Origin: Alphaproteobacteria bacterium
GTDB taxonomy: Bacteria; Pseudomonadota; Alphaproteobacteria; RF32; CAG-239
DNA length: 58,554 nt
Direction of reading: 5' to 3'
NCBI GenBank assembly: GCA_017479985.1
Contig: JAFVBL010000031.1
Coordinates: forward strand, 1 to 58,554
The notes below the pieces were generated by a model. The model did not search any database and was not told the DNA's origin. It was given only the letters and a program-made list of their open reading frames with translations. The position numbers and the translations under genes are program-made. Of the stretch, positions 17,941-26,662 are shown in pieces; within the stretch, counting starts at the first letter, position 1; every line of letters begins with the position of its first letter.

Positions 17941-19761
17941 ATGGCAAAACAAACTAAAGCACGTGCTAGAGGTAAAAGTGTTCAGAATAAAACGGAAAAA
18001 ACGTCTGCACAAGAAAAAAAAGTGCCGGCTTTGAAAAAAATGACGCCGAAAACGGCAACAGCAAAGGCAGTGTCTGAAACAAAAAAACATAAAGAACGCA
18101 CGGCAAGAACGCGCAATGAAGAAAAATCTGAAAAATCAGCAAAAGCAAATACTTTACAGAAAAATAATTTGCGCACTGAAAAAAATGTCACGCGGATATT
18201 TACGGCTGATTTTTGGGGCGAAAACTTGCAAAAAATTGCACATCACCCGAAAATGACGGCTTTGTTGCTCGGAGTTTTGCTTACGGCCGCTTTGCCGCCG
18301 TTTTATTATACGGTTGCGCTGTTTATAGCCTTTGCCGGTGCAATGTTTTTAGCGTATCGCAACGAAAAATTTTGCACGCTTGCCGCTATCGGTTATTGGT
18401 TTGGTTTCGGATATTTCGGTGCCGGATTTTATTGGATCGGCAATGCGTTATTGATTGATGTGGTGCAGACCGGTTGGCTTTATCCGATTGCATTGTTTTT
18501 AAACGGTGCGTTTTTCGGATTGTTTGTAATTTTGCCGTTTATGGCAACAAAACTCGGCAGAAATGTTGTTACAAAATCGATGTTATTGGCTGCAGTTTGG
18601 TGTTTGGTTTCCGAATGGCTGCGCGGTTTTTTGCTGACGGGGTTTCCGTGGAATCCGGTCAGTTCAATGTTGACGTTCAGTCCGGCAATGATGCATATTT
18701 TATCACTGTTCGGTACATACGGCGTTTCTCTGATATTGGTATTTCTGGCTTCTGTTCCGGCAATATGGTTGGTTAAACCGAATAAAATGCGTTTTTATAC
18801 GGCGGGAAGTTTTGTTCTATGTGTGTGGCTCGGTATTTGGATTTACGGCGGGCACGTTTTGGAAAACAGACCGAAAATTCCGGACGGGCAATCGTTGGTT
18901 GTACGTTTGGTACAGCCGAGTATTCCGCAGACTTTGAAATGGAATCGTGAAACGTTGGAAGAAAATCTGCGTACATATATTGATTTGAGCAAAGAAAACG
19001 ATAACGGTTATGTCGATTTTACGGTCTGGGGTGAAACAGCATATCCGTATGATATCGAATATGATTATAATCATAACCGAATGTTGACATCGGCCGTTCC
19101 GCCTTACGGTTATTTAATCACCGGATTTTTGCGGCGTGAGCACGACGGCTACAAGCATACGGCATATAATTCGTTTGCGGTTGTCAATAAAAAAGGAGAG
19201 CCGGTCGGGTGGTATGATAAGAGTCATTTGGTGCCTTTCGGGGAATTTCTGCCGTTCAGAAAGTATTTGCCGGATTGGGTTAAACCGCTGGCGAGCGTTG
19301 TGGCGGAATTCGGACGCGGAGAAAAGTACAAAATTTTGCAAGTCGGTGATTATCCGGCATTTGCACCGCTGATATGCTATGAGGTTATCTTTTCGGATGA
19401 GGTGGTGAAAAAAGGTTTGGCGAAGCCGACGTGGGCAGTGGTGCTGACAAATGACGGTTGGTATGGTATCAGTGCCGGTCCGTATCAGCATTTGGCGGCG
19501 GCTCAAATGCGGGCGGCGGAGGAAGGAATCTCAATTGTCCGCAGTGCCAACAGCGGCATCAGCGCGGTAATCAATCCGTATGGGGAAATAAAGGCACTGC
19601 TGCCATTGGGAACGCGCGGTGCGACAGATGCTTTGGTTAAGCCTGATGAAGCATATCAGACACTTTTCGGGCAATACGGCAATAAGATTCCGTTGGCTAT
19701 GAGCGGTGTATTGATTCTGTTGGCACTTGTTTGCCGACTGTTTGCGCGTCGTTCGGAATAA
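17941..19761 (+). CDS. lnt: Apolipoprotein N-acyltransferase with a basic N-terminal extension
   Basis: EWLRG..TGFPW, YDKSHLVPFGE, ICYE, TNDGW and QHL motifs. Confidence 0.95.
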   Translation: MAKQTKARARGKSVQNKTEKTSAQEKKVPALKKMTPKTATAKAVSETKKHKERTARTRNEEKSEKSAKANTLQKNNLRTEKNVTRIFTADFWGENLQKIAHHPKMTALLLGVLLTAALPPFYYTVALFIAFAGAMFLAYRNEKFCTLAAIGYWFGFGYFGAGFYWIGNALLIDVVQTGWLYPIALFLNGAFFGLFVILPFMATKLGRNVVTKSMLLAAVWCLVSEWLRGFLLTGFPWNPVSSMLTFSPAMMHILSLFGTYGVSLILVFLASVPAIWLVKPNKMRFYTAGSFVLCVWLGIWIYGGHVLENRPKIPDGQSLVVRLVQPSIPQTLKWNRETLEENLRTYIDLSKENDNGYVDFTVWGETAYPYDIEYDYNHNRMLTSAVPPYGYLITGFLRREHDGYKHTAYNSFAVVNKKGEPVGWYDKSHLVPFGEFLPFRKYLPDWVKPLASVVAEFGRGEKYKILQVGDYPAFAPLICYEVIFSDEVVKKGLAKPTWAVVLTNDGWYGISAGPYQHLAAAQMRAAEEGISIVRSANSGISAVINPYGEIKALLPLGTRGATDALVKPDEAYQTLFGQYGNKIPLAMSGVLILLALVCRLFARRSE

Positions 19762-19767
19762 GAAGAA

Positions 19768-20216
19768 TTTTTGCTTGCAATTTATAAGGTTTGTTTTAAT
19801 ATAACCTTTGCCGGCGAGAGGTCGTCGGCGGAGTATCACAGCTCCTCGTATTAAATAAACTCCTCTATTGGTGGGGAGCCGGCGGAATATATTGAATACG
19901 CCGGACTGCTTATACGACAGTTGTGAACTCCCGACCACTTTTTCGAGTGGTCGCTTTTGTTTTGATTTAACAAATTAAGGAGTTCTGAACGATGATAAAC
20001 AACACAATAACCTTCAAACAGCAAAATCTGAAAGAAATCGGACACGCATTATGGCTGGCACGACAGGAAAAACATCTGTTTATCTATCAGGTTGCCAAAC
20101 GCGCAAGAGTACCGATTGATATGATTGACGTAATGGAATTGGGGAAAGCCGTTGATGAATACAATCTGCGGAAATTGCTCAAATTCTACGGCAAAAAAAT
20201 GCACATCGTGTTTGAA
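19768..20216 (+). repeat. Dispersed promoter-leader RNA-HTH cassette, copy 2
   Basis: Near-identical to copy 1. Begins 7 bp after the lnt stop codon. Confidence 0.95.
19810..19991 (+). ncRNA. Structured leader / C4-CI-like antisense RNA candidate, copy 2
   Basis: Same stems as copy 1. Differences fall in loops and linkers or keep pairing (ACTCC to GCTCC gives a U-G pair). Confidence 0.7.
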
Positions 20217-20219
20217 TAA
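19992..20219 (+). CDS. Small Xre/Cro-like HTH protein, copy 2
   Basis: 73 of 75 residues identical to copy 1. Confidence 0.8.
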   Translation: MINNTITFKQQNLKEIGHALWLARQEKHLFIYQVAKRARVPIDMIDVMELGKAVDEYNLRKLLKFYGKKMHIVFE

Positions 20220-20306
20220 TTCTTAAAATTTAACTTGAAAAATCAATCAAATATGCTACATTGAAACCATAATTGAAATAATTGTGGAATTTAAATATCT
20301 ATCATT

Positions 20307-20663
20307 ATGGAAGAAGTAAGGATTATTTGTACGCCGTTTCTGATTGCCGCAATTGTGTTTACGTTGGCAATGCTGTATTACGAGATGCAGTTCAAAAAGA
20401 AAAATCCGTGGTGGTCGCAAGATGACTGCAGAATGCGTCTGTCTCCGGCAGAGCGGGCTTATCGCCAAAATGAACGCCGCAAACATAACAACGCTCTGAT
20501 GTGTTGGTTTGCCGTGTTGTTTGTGGTGTTGGGGCTGATGATTGTTGTTTTGCTGTCACACATTAACGGCGGTTTCCCGAATATCGGGCATTATTGGTTG
20601 TATTTGGTGCCGTTTGTCGGTGCGGTAGTGTTTGCTTGCAGCTGTATTCAGCGCCGAAAGTGA
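20307..20663 (+). CDS. Hypothetical membrane protein
   Basis: 118 aa with three hydrophobic segments, followed by a terminator-like hairpin. Confidence 0.6.
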   Translation: MEEVRIICTPFLIAAIVFTLAMLYYEMQFKKKNPWWSQDDCRMRLSPAERAYRQNERRKHNNALMCWFAVLFVVLGLMIVVLLSHINGGFPNIGHYWLYLVPFVGAVVFACSCIQRRK

Positions 20664-20710
20664 AGAATTTTTCCCCTTTGCATAAGATATGCCGAGGGGA
20701 AATTTTTTTT
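20662..20710 (+). terminator. Putative intrinsic terminator
   Basis: AATTTTTCCCCTTTGCATA / TATGCCGAGGGGAAATT imperfect stem plus T tract. Confidence 0.55.
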
Positions 20711-20807
20711 GCGTTTACGGGTGCGAGATATGTATACAACATACACAAAATACTTGCGCCGATTTGAGGATTCGTATATTTTTTAAACAAACGGGAGAGA
20801 TAAAAAT

Positions 20808-21467
20808 ATGATTGCTAAATTACGCGGAATTATAGATACGCTCGGCGAAGATTCGTGTATTATCGATGTAAACGGTGTCGGTTATCAGGTGGCGGCATCG
20901 GCAAAAACACTCGGTAAATTGAATGTTGGAGCGGAAACAACGCTTTTGACGATTATGACGGTGCGTGAAGATGATATTTCTCTGTTCGGGTTTGCCGATG
21001 CGTGGGAAAAAGAATGGTTCAATACACTGACCAGAGTGCAGGGCGTGGGCGCAAAAGTCTGCTTGAGTATTCTCTCGGTGCTGACACCGGCGCAACTTTC
21101 TCAAGCCATAAGCGCACAAGATAAGGCATCTTTTTGCCGTGCATCGGGTGTGGGACCGAAATTGGCAGCGCGAATCGTGACTGAGTTAAAGGATAAAATT
21201 GTGACGGTACCGGTTGCGGTCAGCGGTTCGTTTGGGGCAACAACTGCGGCCGATAATGCGGAAACAGCGGTCGAGATTAAGAATCTTCCGACATCTGATA
21301 TGGATTATACCAAGAGCGAAGACGTGACATCAGCTTTGATTAACCTCGGGTATCAGCGTTTGGAAGCATATCGGGCAGCGAGTAAAGTGGTGGCGGAAAA
21401 TCCTCAGGCCGCAATCTCGACGCTTATTCGCTTGGCGCTTAAAGAATTTATCAATAAGGATATTTAA
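20808..21467 (+). CDS. ruvA: Holliday junction branch migration protein RuvA
   Basis: [32 protein letters not shown] and SALINLGY. Confidence 0.96.
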   Translation: MIAKLRGIIDTLGEDSCIIDVNGVGYQVAASAKTLGKLNVGAETTLLTIMTVREDDISLFGFADAWEKEWFNTLTRVQGVGAKVCLSILSVLTPAQLSQAISAQDKASFCRASGVGPKLAARIVTELKDKIVTVPVAVSGSFGATTAADNAETAVEIKNLPTSDMDYTKSEDVTSALINLGYQRLEAYRAASKVVAENPQAAISTLIRLALKEFINKDI

Positions 21468-21469
21468 CA

Positions 21470-22534
21470 ATGAAAGATGATGCCAGAATAGTCAGCCCGC
21501 AGGCACAGCCGGAAGATACACAGGTCGGCAACAATCCGGTCAGTTTGCGGCCGACATCACTCAAAGATTTTGTCGGACAACGCGAAGTCTGCGATAACCT
21601 TAAGGTGTTTATCGAGGCGGCAAAACAGCGCGGTGAAGCCCTTGACCACGTTTTGTTGTTCGGTCCTCCGGGACTTGGTAAAACCACACTGTCATCGATT
21701 GTGGCAAAAGAACTCGGGGTCGGATTCAGGGCAACTTCCGCGCCGATGATTTCCAAATCGGGCGACTTGGCGGCGATTCTGACAAACCTTGAACGCAATG
21801 ATGTATTGTTTATTGATGAAATTCACCGCCTGAATCCGGCAATTGAGGAAGTTCTTTATTCGGCAATGGAAGATTTTCAGCTTGATTTGATTATCGGCGA
21901 AGGTCCGTCGGCACGTTCTGTGCGAATCGATTTGCAACCGTTTACACTGGTGGGAGCGACGACGCGTTCGGGTTTACTTTCCACGCCGCTGCGTGAACGT
22001 TTCGGTATTCCGATGAGATTGGATTTTTACAGTCACGAAGATTTGAAAAAAATTGTGTTGCGCGGTGCGCATTTGCTGAATATCGAAATTTCGGACAGCG
22101 GAGCAATGGAAATTGCCAAACGTTCACGCGGGACGCCGCGAATCGCCGGCCGATTGCTGCGTCGGGTACGCGATTTCGGTGCGGTTTCAGACAAACAGAT
22201 TATTGATGAGCAGATTTCCGATATGGCTTTGCGTCGGCTTGATGTAGACGATTTCGGACTTGATAATTTTGACCGGCGCTATTTGAATTGCATTATCAAT
22301 AATTACGGCGGCGGTCCGGTCGGAGCAGATACGTTGGCGGCGGCGCTTTCGGAAGAACGTGATACAATTGAAGAAGTCGTTGAGCCGTTTTTGCTTAAAC
22401 TCGGATTTTTGCAACGTACACCGCGCGGACGCGTTATTTCGCAACTCGGGTATAAATATCTCGGGATTAAAATGCCGCAGAAGCAAACAAAACAATATGA
22501 TTTGTTGTCGGAGGCGGAAGATGGCGGATTTTAA
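21470..22534 (+). CDS. ruvB: Holliday junction DNA helicase RuvB
   Basis: [26 protein letters not shown] and RGTPRIA. Confidence 0.98.
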   Translation: MKDDARIVSPQAQPEDTQVGNNPVSLRPTSLKDFVGQREVCDNLKVFIEAAKQRGEALDHVLLFGPPGLGKTTLSSIVAKELGVGFRATSAPMISKSGDLAAILTNLERNDVLFIDEIHRLNPAIEEVLYSAMEDFQLDLIIGEGPSARSVRIDLQPFTLVGATTRSGLLSTPLRERFGIPMRLDFYSHEDLKKIVLRGAHLLNIEISDSGAMEIAKRSRGTPRIAGRLLRRVRDFGAVSDKQIIDEQISDMALRRLDVDDFGLDNFDRRYLNCIINNYGGGPVGADTLAAALSEERDTIEEVVEPFLLKLGFLQRTPRGRVISQLGYKYLGIKMPQKQTKQYDLLSEAEDGGF

Positions 22535-22970
22535 AGTGTTGCCGGCAAAAGGCGAAATTATCGGCAAAGTTTTTGCGTATCCGGTGCGTGTGTATTATGA
22601 AGATACCGATGCCGGCGGAATAGTTTATTATGCCAATTACCTCAAGTTTGCCGAACGGGCGCGTACCGAATTTTTGCGCACATTGCAAGTGTGTCAGCAG
22701 GAGGATTTGGAACAAAAACAAACCGGTTTTGTGGTGCGTGCGTGTCATATCGAATATCTGAAATCGGCTGTCTTGGACGATGCTTTGGTTGTAACGTGTC
22801 AAGCGGCGGCGCAGGGGGCGGCAAGTGCAACGATTGCACAAGAGATTTTGCGCGGGGAAGAAGTGCTGGCAACTTTGGAAGTTAAAGTTATTTATATGAA
22901 TATTGCCACACATCGTCCGACGCGTATTCCGGCAGATATGACCGAAAAATTTAAACAGCTTCTTGTATAA
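22521..22970 (+). CDS. ybgC: Tol-pal-associated acyl-CoA thioesterase
   Basis: [26 protein letters not shown]. Start moved to ATG 22521. Confidence 0.93.
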   Translation: MADFKVLPAKGEIIGKVFAYPVRVYYEDTDAGGIVYYANYLKFAERARTEFLRTLQVCQQEDLEQKQTGFVVRACHIEYLKSAVLDDALVVTCQAAAQGAASATIAQEILRGEEVLATLEVKVIYMNIATHRPTRIPADMTEKFKQLLV

Positions 22971-23679
22971 GGAAAAAAAGGGGATATTTACGGAAATACA
23001 ACAAAAATTTTTGGAATATGCCGCTTCGCCGTATGCCGGTATTGACGGCGGCGATGAAAATGCCGAGTATTGGTTTGTCGGTATGGAATGGTCATCACGC
23101 GCAGATTTTGCGGAAAGCTATGAAAAATGGCAACAACAAGCTGAGAATCCATATTCAAAAAATGTTGATATCACAAAAGGTTCGTGGGTATTTGAAGAAA
23201 AATTGCAGGATATTTATCGGCGTTTACCGCACACCGTATGCGATAAAATGATTTTTGCCGAAGGTTCAAATTCATTTAAGCTGAATTTGTTTCCGCTTTC
23301 GTTTAATACCGATGATGAGAAGAAGAATTGGGCAAATGATGCAACGGCGCAAAAGACTGGTTTTGCCAATTTTAAGGCATATCAACAGGCGGTTGTTTCG
23401 GCGCGGCAAAAATTGTTTACCGAGCTGTTGAAGCTTAATCGAAAGGAAAAAACGATTTTTTGTTTCGGTACGGGATATTCGGAATATTTCGCTACGGCAT
23501 TTGATATTGCCGAATCGGATTTTGCTGAGCAAACAGCACGTCTTTCGGGTAATCGTCGCTTTTATGTTGCAGCTGCGAAAAATCCGTTAATAAAGAAAAT
23601 TATACTTTGTCCGTTTCCGCGCTATGCGTTTAATGATAAGGATATTGAAAAAATTAGCTCAATTATGATTGGCGTATGA
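22963..23679 (+). CDS. Hypothetical protein, possibly uracil-DNA-glycosylase-like fold
   Basis: GGDENAEYWFVGMEW, FKLNLFP, IFCFG and ILCPFP are spaced like UDG-superfamily motifs. The fold call is inference. Confidence 0.55.
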   Translation: MYKEKKGIFTEIQQKFLEYAASPYAGIDGGDENAEYWFVGMEWSSRADFAESYEKWQQQAENPYSKNVDITKGSWVFEEKLQDIYRRLPHTVCDKMIFAEGSNSFKLNLFPLSFNTDDEKKNWANDATAQKTGFANFKAYQQAVVSARQKLFTELLKLNRKEKTIFCFGTGYSEYFATAFDIAESDFAEQTARLSGNRRFYVAAAKNPLIKKIILCPFPRYAFNDKDIEKISSIMIGV

Positions 23680-23788
23680 TTATCAGATGCATTTTGCGCT
23701 GTCAGATGCGATAAAATAAAGTCATTCTTCGCAATGTGTCGTGCATCAGGTCATTAAGGAATCAGACCTTTACGTAGCGCTGTTTCTT
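23656..23788 (+). repeat. ~133-bp dispersed repeat, copy A (supplies the upstream gene's stop codon)
   Basis: Aligns with 28373-28504 from AGCTCAATTATGATT to TAGCGCTG(T/A)TTCTT. Confidence 0.9.
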
Positions 23789-23980
23789 TTAACGCATATT
23801 TTGAAATAAAGGCAGACACTAAAAGAAACGGAAGACCCTCTGACGATTTTCGCTTAAGCAAAATTCAAATGGTGACTTTATTTTTTTTGCCCAAGGCAGC
23901 ACAGTACTGCAGGAGATTGTCACGTCGCTGCGCTCCTAAAGGTGACGAGTCTTTTCTTTCGTACTGTAGTCTGCAATCAA

Positions 23981-24223
23981 TTAAGTTAAATTTTCATCAA
24001 AAACAATGCGCATTTTTCTGCCGTAAAATTCGGTTAGACGGCGTAATGCGGTGTGTTGAATAAATTTGCCGATTTCCATACCTTCAATCACTCGTGCCGG
24101 CAGATTGGTCCGATAGGCAACAGTGCGTAAATACATTCTTTTTTCGGTACGTAATTTCCATAATTCTGCCCCGATGGCACATAATGTTTCTTTATCCATA
24201 TAACAAGATTTAATTTTGGTCAT
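23981..24223 (-). CDS. Small Xre/Cro-like HTH protein, copy 3 (divergent)
   Basis: About 40% identical to copy 1 by manual alignment. Shares IG..LW..R.EK, VA.R..P..I..ME.GK and FYG.KMRIVF. Confidence 0.8.
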   Translation of the reverse strand: MTKIKSCYMDKETLCAIGAELWKLRTEKRMYLRTVAYRTNLPARVIEGMEIGKFIQHTALRRLTEFYGRKMRIVFDENLT

Positions 24224-24403
24224 TTTCAGAACTCCTTAATTTGTTAAATTAAAACAAAAACGACCACTCAAAAAGCGGTCGGGAGTTCCTAACTGCGAAT
24301 AATCAGTCCGGCGTATTCAATATATTCCGCCGGCTCCCCACCAACAGAGGAGTTAATTTTGTTTGCGGAGTTGTGACACTCCGCCGGCGGCCTCTTATCG
24401 GTA
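24224..24403 (-). ncRNA. Structured leader / C4-CI-like antisense RNA candidate, copy 3
   Basis: Reverse complement reads ...GGAGTGTCACAACTCC...CTCCTCTGTTGGTGGGGAGCCGGCGGAATATATTGAATACGCCGGACTGATTATTCGCAGTTAGGAACTCCCGACC...AAGGAGTTCTGAAAATG. Confidence 0.7.
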
Positions 24404-24409
24404 AAAATT

Positions 24410-24437
24410 ATGATATACAAACTATCGTAAAATTCAA
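24410..24437 (-). promoter_or_regulatory. Putative sigma70 promoter of cassette copy 3
   Basis: TTGAAT-N16-TATCAT on the minus strand, at the same position as in copies 1 and 2. Confidence 0.6.
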
Positions 24438-24467
24438 GTTAAATTTAGGCAAAATAAAAAATTGGTG

Positions 24468-24905
24468 TTAAGCAAAGCGTATTTCCGACGATTTTAAAAT
24501 CTCGTGTGTGCGTTCGATGAACATTATTTCATCAAGAACAAAATCGTTTATTTTAAGAAGTGTGTCATCATCAATTCCAAGAATTTTTGCCGCACAACGG
24601 ATAATCCGGACTTCTTCATCGGATATTTTGCTGTCAATCGAGGTAGCAAACCACAGGCAGTGCAATAAATCAACGGCGACGGCATAATTATTTATCGGTT
24701 GCAAAACAATAGGCAAATCATCAAAATCATTCGGTACGGTTAAGTTTTGCATTAACGCCGGATTGAGCTGAAAACGCGCAATGATTTTTTTTATAAAATC
24801 TTTTTCAATAAAGTTCGGATTTTTATCGGATTTGGCCAGAAAAATAAGCATACGAATATAAACAAGTTTTTGCGAATCAGTTAAATTTACGGGATTATAA
24901 AACAT
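24468..24905 (-). CDS. TerB-like protein (second paralog)
   Basis: KSDKNPNFIE and IDSKISDEE duplicated TerB-type motifs. Same length (145 aa) as 14536..14973. Confidence 0.7.
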   Translation of the reverse strand: MFYNPVNLTDSQKLVYIRMLIFLAKSDKNPNFIEKDFIKKIIARFQLNPALMQNLTVPNDFDDLPIVLQPINNYAVAVDLLHCLWFATSIDSKISDEEVRIIRCAAKILGIDDDTLLKINDFVLDEIMFIERTHEILKSSEIRFA

Positions 24906-24925
24906 ATCAAATCTCCTTTTGTAAA

Positions 24926-25462
24926 TTAAGTTAAATCTCGGTTGCGTTTTAATAAAATATACAGCGCACCTTTACCACCCAAGCGTTCGGACGGATTTTT
25001 AAATATGAGAATCATTGCGCGAATCCGCGGCGCATTAAGCCATTGCGGCGTTTGTCGTTTCAATATGCCGCGCGGTGCGTAAATATCTTCCTGTTGATGC
25101 AATGCGCCTTTGCCCGTAACGATAATGACGCAGCGTTTACCGGTGTTGTAGCATTGTGTTATAAAATCTTCAACTTTTTCAAATGCATCGTCTTCGCGGC
25201 ATCCGTGCAAATCAAGAATGGCCTCAGCCTTAAATTCTTCTTGTTTGAATTTTTTGAGGGTAGCTTTATCAATTCCACCAAAAGACATATCTTCCAATGC
25301 TTTGGAGTAGGTTGTAAATTCTTGTTTTGCGGCAAAATGCCGATGCGGATGTATTTCGATTTTCGCTGTTTCCGGCGGCAGAGGAATCAGGTTTTGCGGC
25401 GTGGGATTGATATCTTTGACCGTTTCAAGCCAAAATTGTTTATCATCTTCATCGGGCAACAT
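24926..25462 (-). CDS. Smr/MutS2 domain endonuclease
   Basis: LDLHG, IIVTGKG and GGKGALYILL. Confidence 0.92.
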   Translation of the reverse strand: MLPDEDDKQFWLETVKDINPTPQNLIPLPPETAKIEIHPHRHFAAKQEFTTYSKALEDMSFGGIDKATLKKFKQEEFKAEAILDLHGCREDDAFEKVEDFITQCYNTGKRCVIIVTGKGALHQQEDIYAPRGILKRQTPQWLNAPRIRAMILIFKNPSERLGGKGALYILLKRNRDLT

Positions 25463-26662
25463 TTAATTTGCTTTCAAAACGGTTTCTTTCGGAACAATAA
25501 TGTAATATTTGCCGGCAGAATTCATTTTTCCGGCGTATTTTAAGGCCTCTTCACCGTGTCCCCAAAAATAATCACCGCGTACCACACCTTTTATGGCACT
25601 TCCGATATCTTGAGCAAACACAATTTTACGAATACTGCGTTTATCCGGACCGGTTGTGTCCAGCCATAGCATTGAACCGAGCGGAATATAGCGCGTATCA
25701 ACCGCCATACTGCGTCCGGCAGTCAGTGAAATACCGAAAGCTCCGACCGGACCGTCGGCATTGGTGATACGCTGAAAAATAAAACGGTCGTTTTCACGCA
25801 TTAAATCTTCGGCTTTGTCAGGGTTTGCGCGTAACCATTCACGAATTTTAGGCATTGAAGAATCGCCGGATTTTATGTATCCTTTTGCAATCAAAATACT
25901 GCCGATTCCTTTAAATTTATGCCCGTTGCTGTCGGCAAAACCGATACGGACTTGCGAACCGTCGTCCATTTGCGCAACGGCAGAGCCTTGAATCTGCATA
26001 AAGTGAATATCCACCAAATCGTCGCCCCACATCAATACCGGTGCTTGAACACCGTTATTTTCAATATCACGGCGGTTATAATAAGGTATAAATTTGCCGT
26101 TTTCGACTCGTCCGACCAAGCGGGTGTTCGGCAATTCGGCATCAAAATCACGCAGATTTATCTCAATTAAGTCACTCGGTTTACCGTAAACGGGATATTT
26201 ATATTTGCCGCTTTTGTTGTATGAGGCACGTATAACGGCTTCGTAGTATGAGGTAAATTTGCCGTCGGCATTGGTGCTGTCGGAAATTGCATAAGGCTTA
26301 AATTCGGCCTCCATAAATTTTTTCATTTCTGCTGCCGTTTTGATGTTTTTTGCCGTGAATTTTTTGCATTTTTCCTGCAAATCCGTTGCTTTGATTTGTA
26401 TAACATCGGCGGAAAAATAAGCGTTTTTGCTTTTTTGGATTTGGCTGCAGTTTTTTGCAAAAACAGGAATAACAGCGGCAAAGTCTTCGTTGTTCCAATC
26501 GGGTAAATTAGAAAAAGATACGGGCTGTAACCGTAAATCACCGCTGATTTCCGGTGTTTGAGTATCTTTTTGACACGCTGACAGACCGCAAATCAATAAG
26601 GCACATATAAATTTAAGCACTCTTTTTTGTTGATACCAAAAGCCAATTTTTGTTTTTTGCAT
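25463..26662 (-). CDS. mltA: Membrane-bound lytic murein transglycosylase A
   Basis: Lipobox LSAC, FTSYYE, FMQIQGS, AQDIGSAIKG and RGDYFWG. Start uncertain. Confidence 0.93.
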   Translation of the reverse strand: MQKTKIGFWYQQKRVLKFICALLICGLSACQKDTQTPEISGDLRLQPVSFSNLPDWNNEDFAAVIPVFAKNCSQIQKSKNAYFSADVIQIKATDLQEKCKKFTAKNIKTAAEMKKFMEAEFKPYAISDSTNADGKFTSYYEAVIRASYNKSGKYKYPVYGKPSDLIEINLRDFDAELPNTRLVGRVENGKFIPYYNRRDIENNGVQAPVLMWGDDLVDIHFMQIQGSAVAQMDDGSQVRIGFADSNGHKFKGIGSILIAKGYIKSGDSSMPKIREWLRANPDKAEDLMRENDRFIFQRITNADGPVGAFGISLTAGRSMAVDTRYIPLGSMLWLDTTGPDKRSIRKIVFAQDIGSAIKGVVRGDYFWGHGEEALKYAGKMNSAGKYYIIVPKETVLKAN

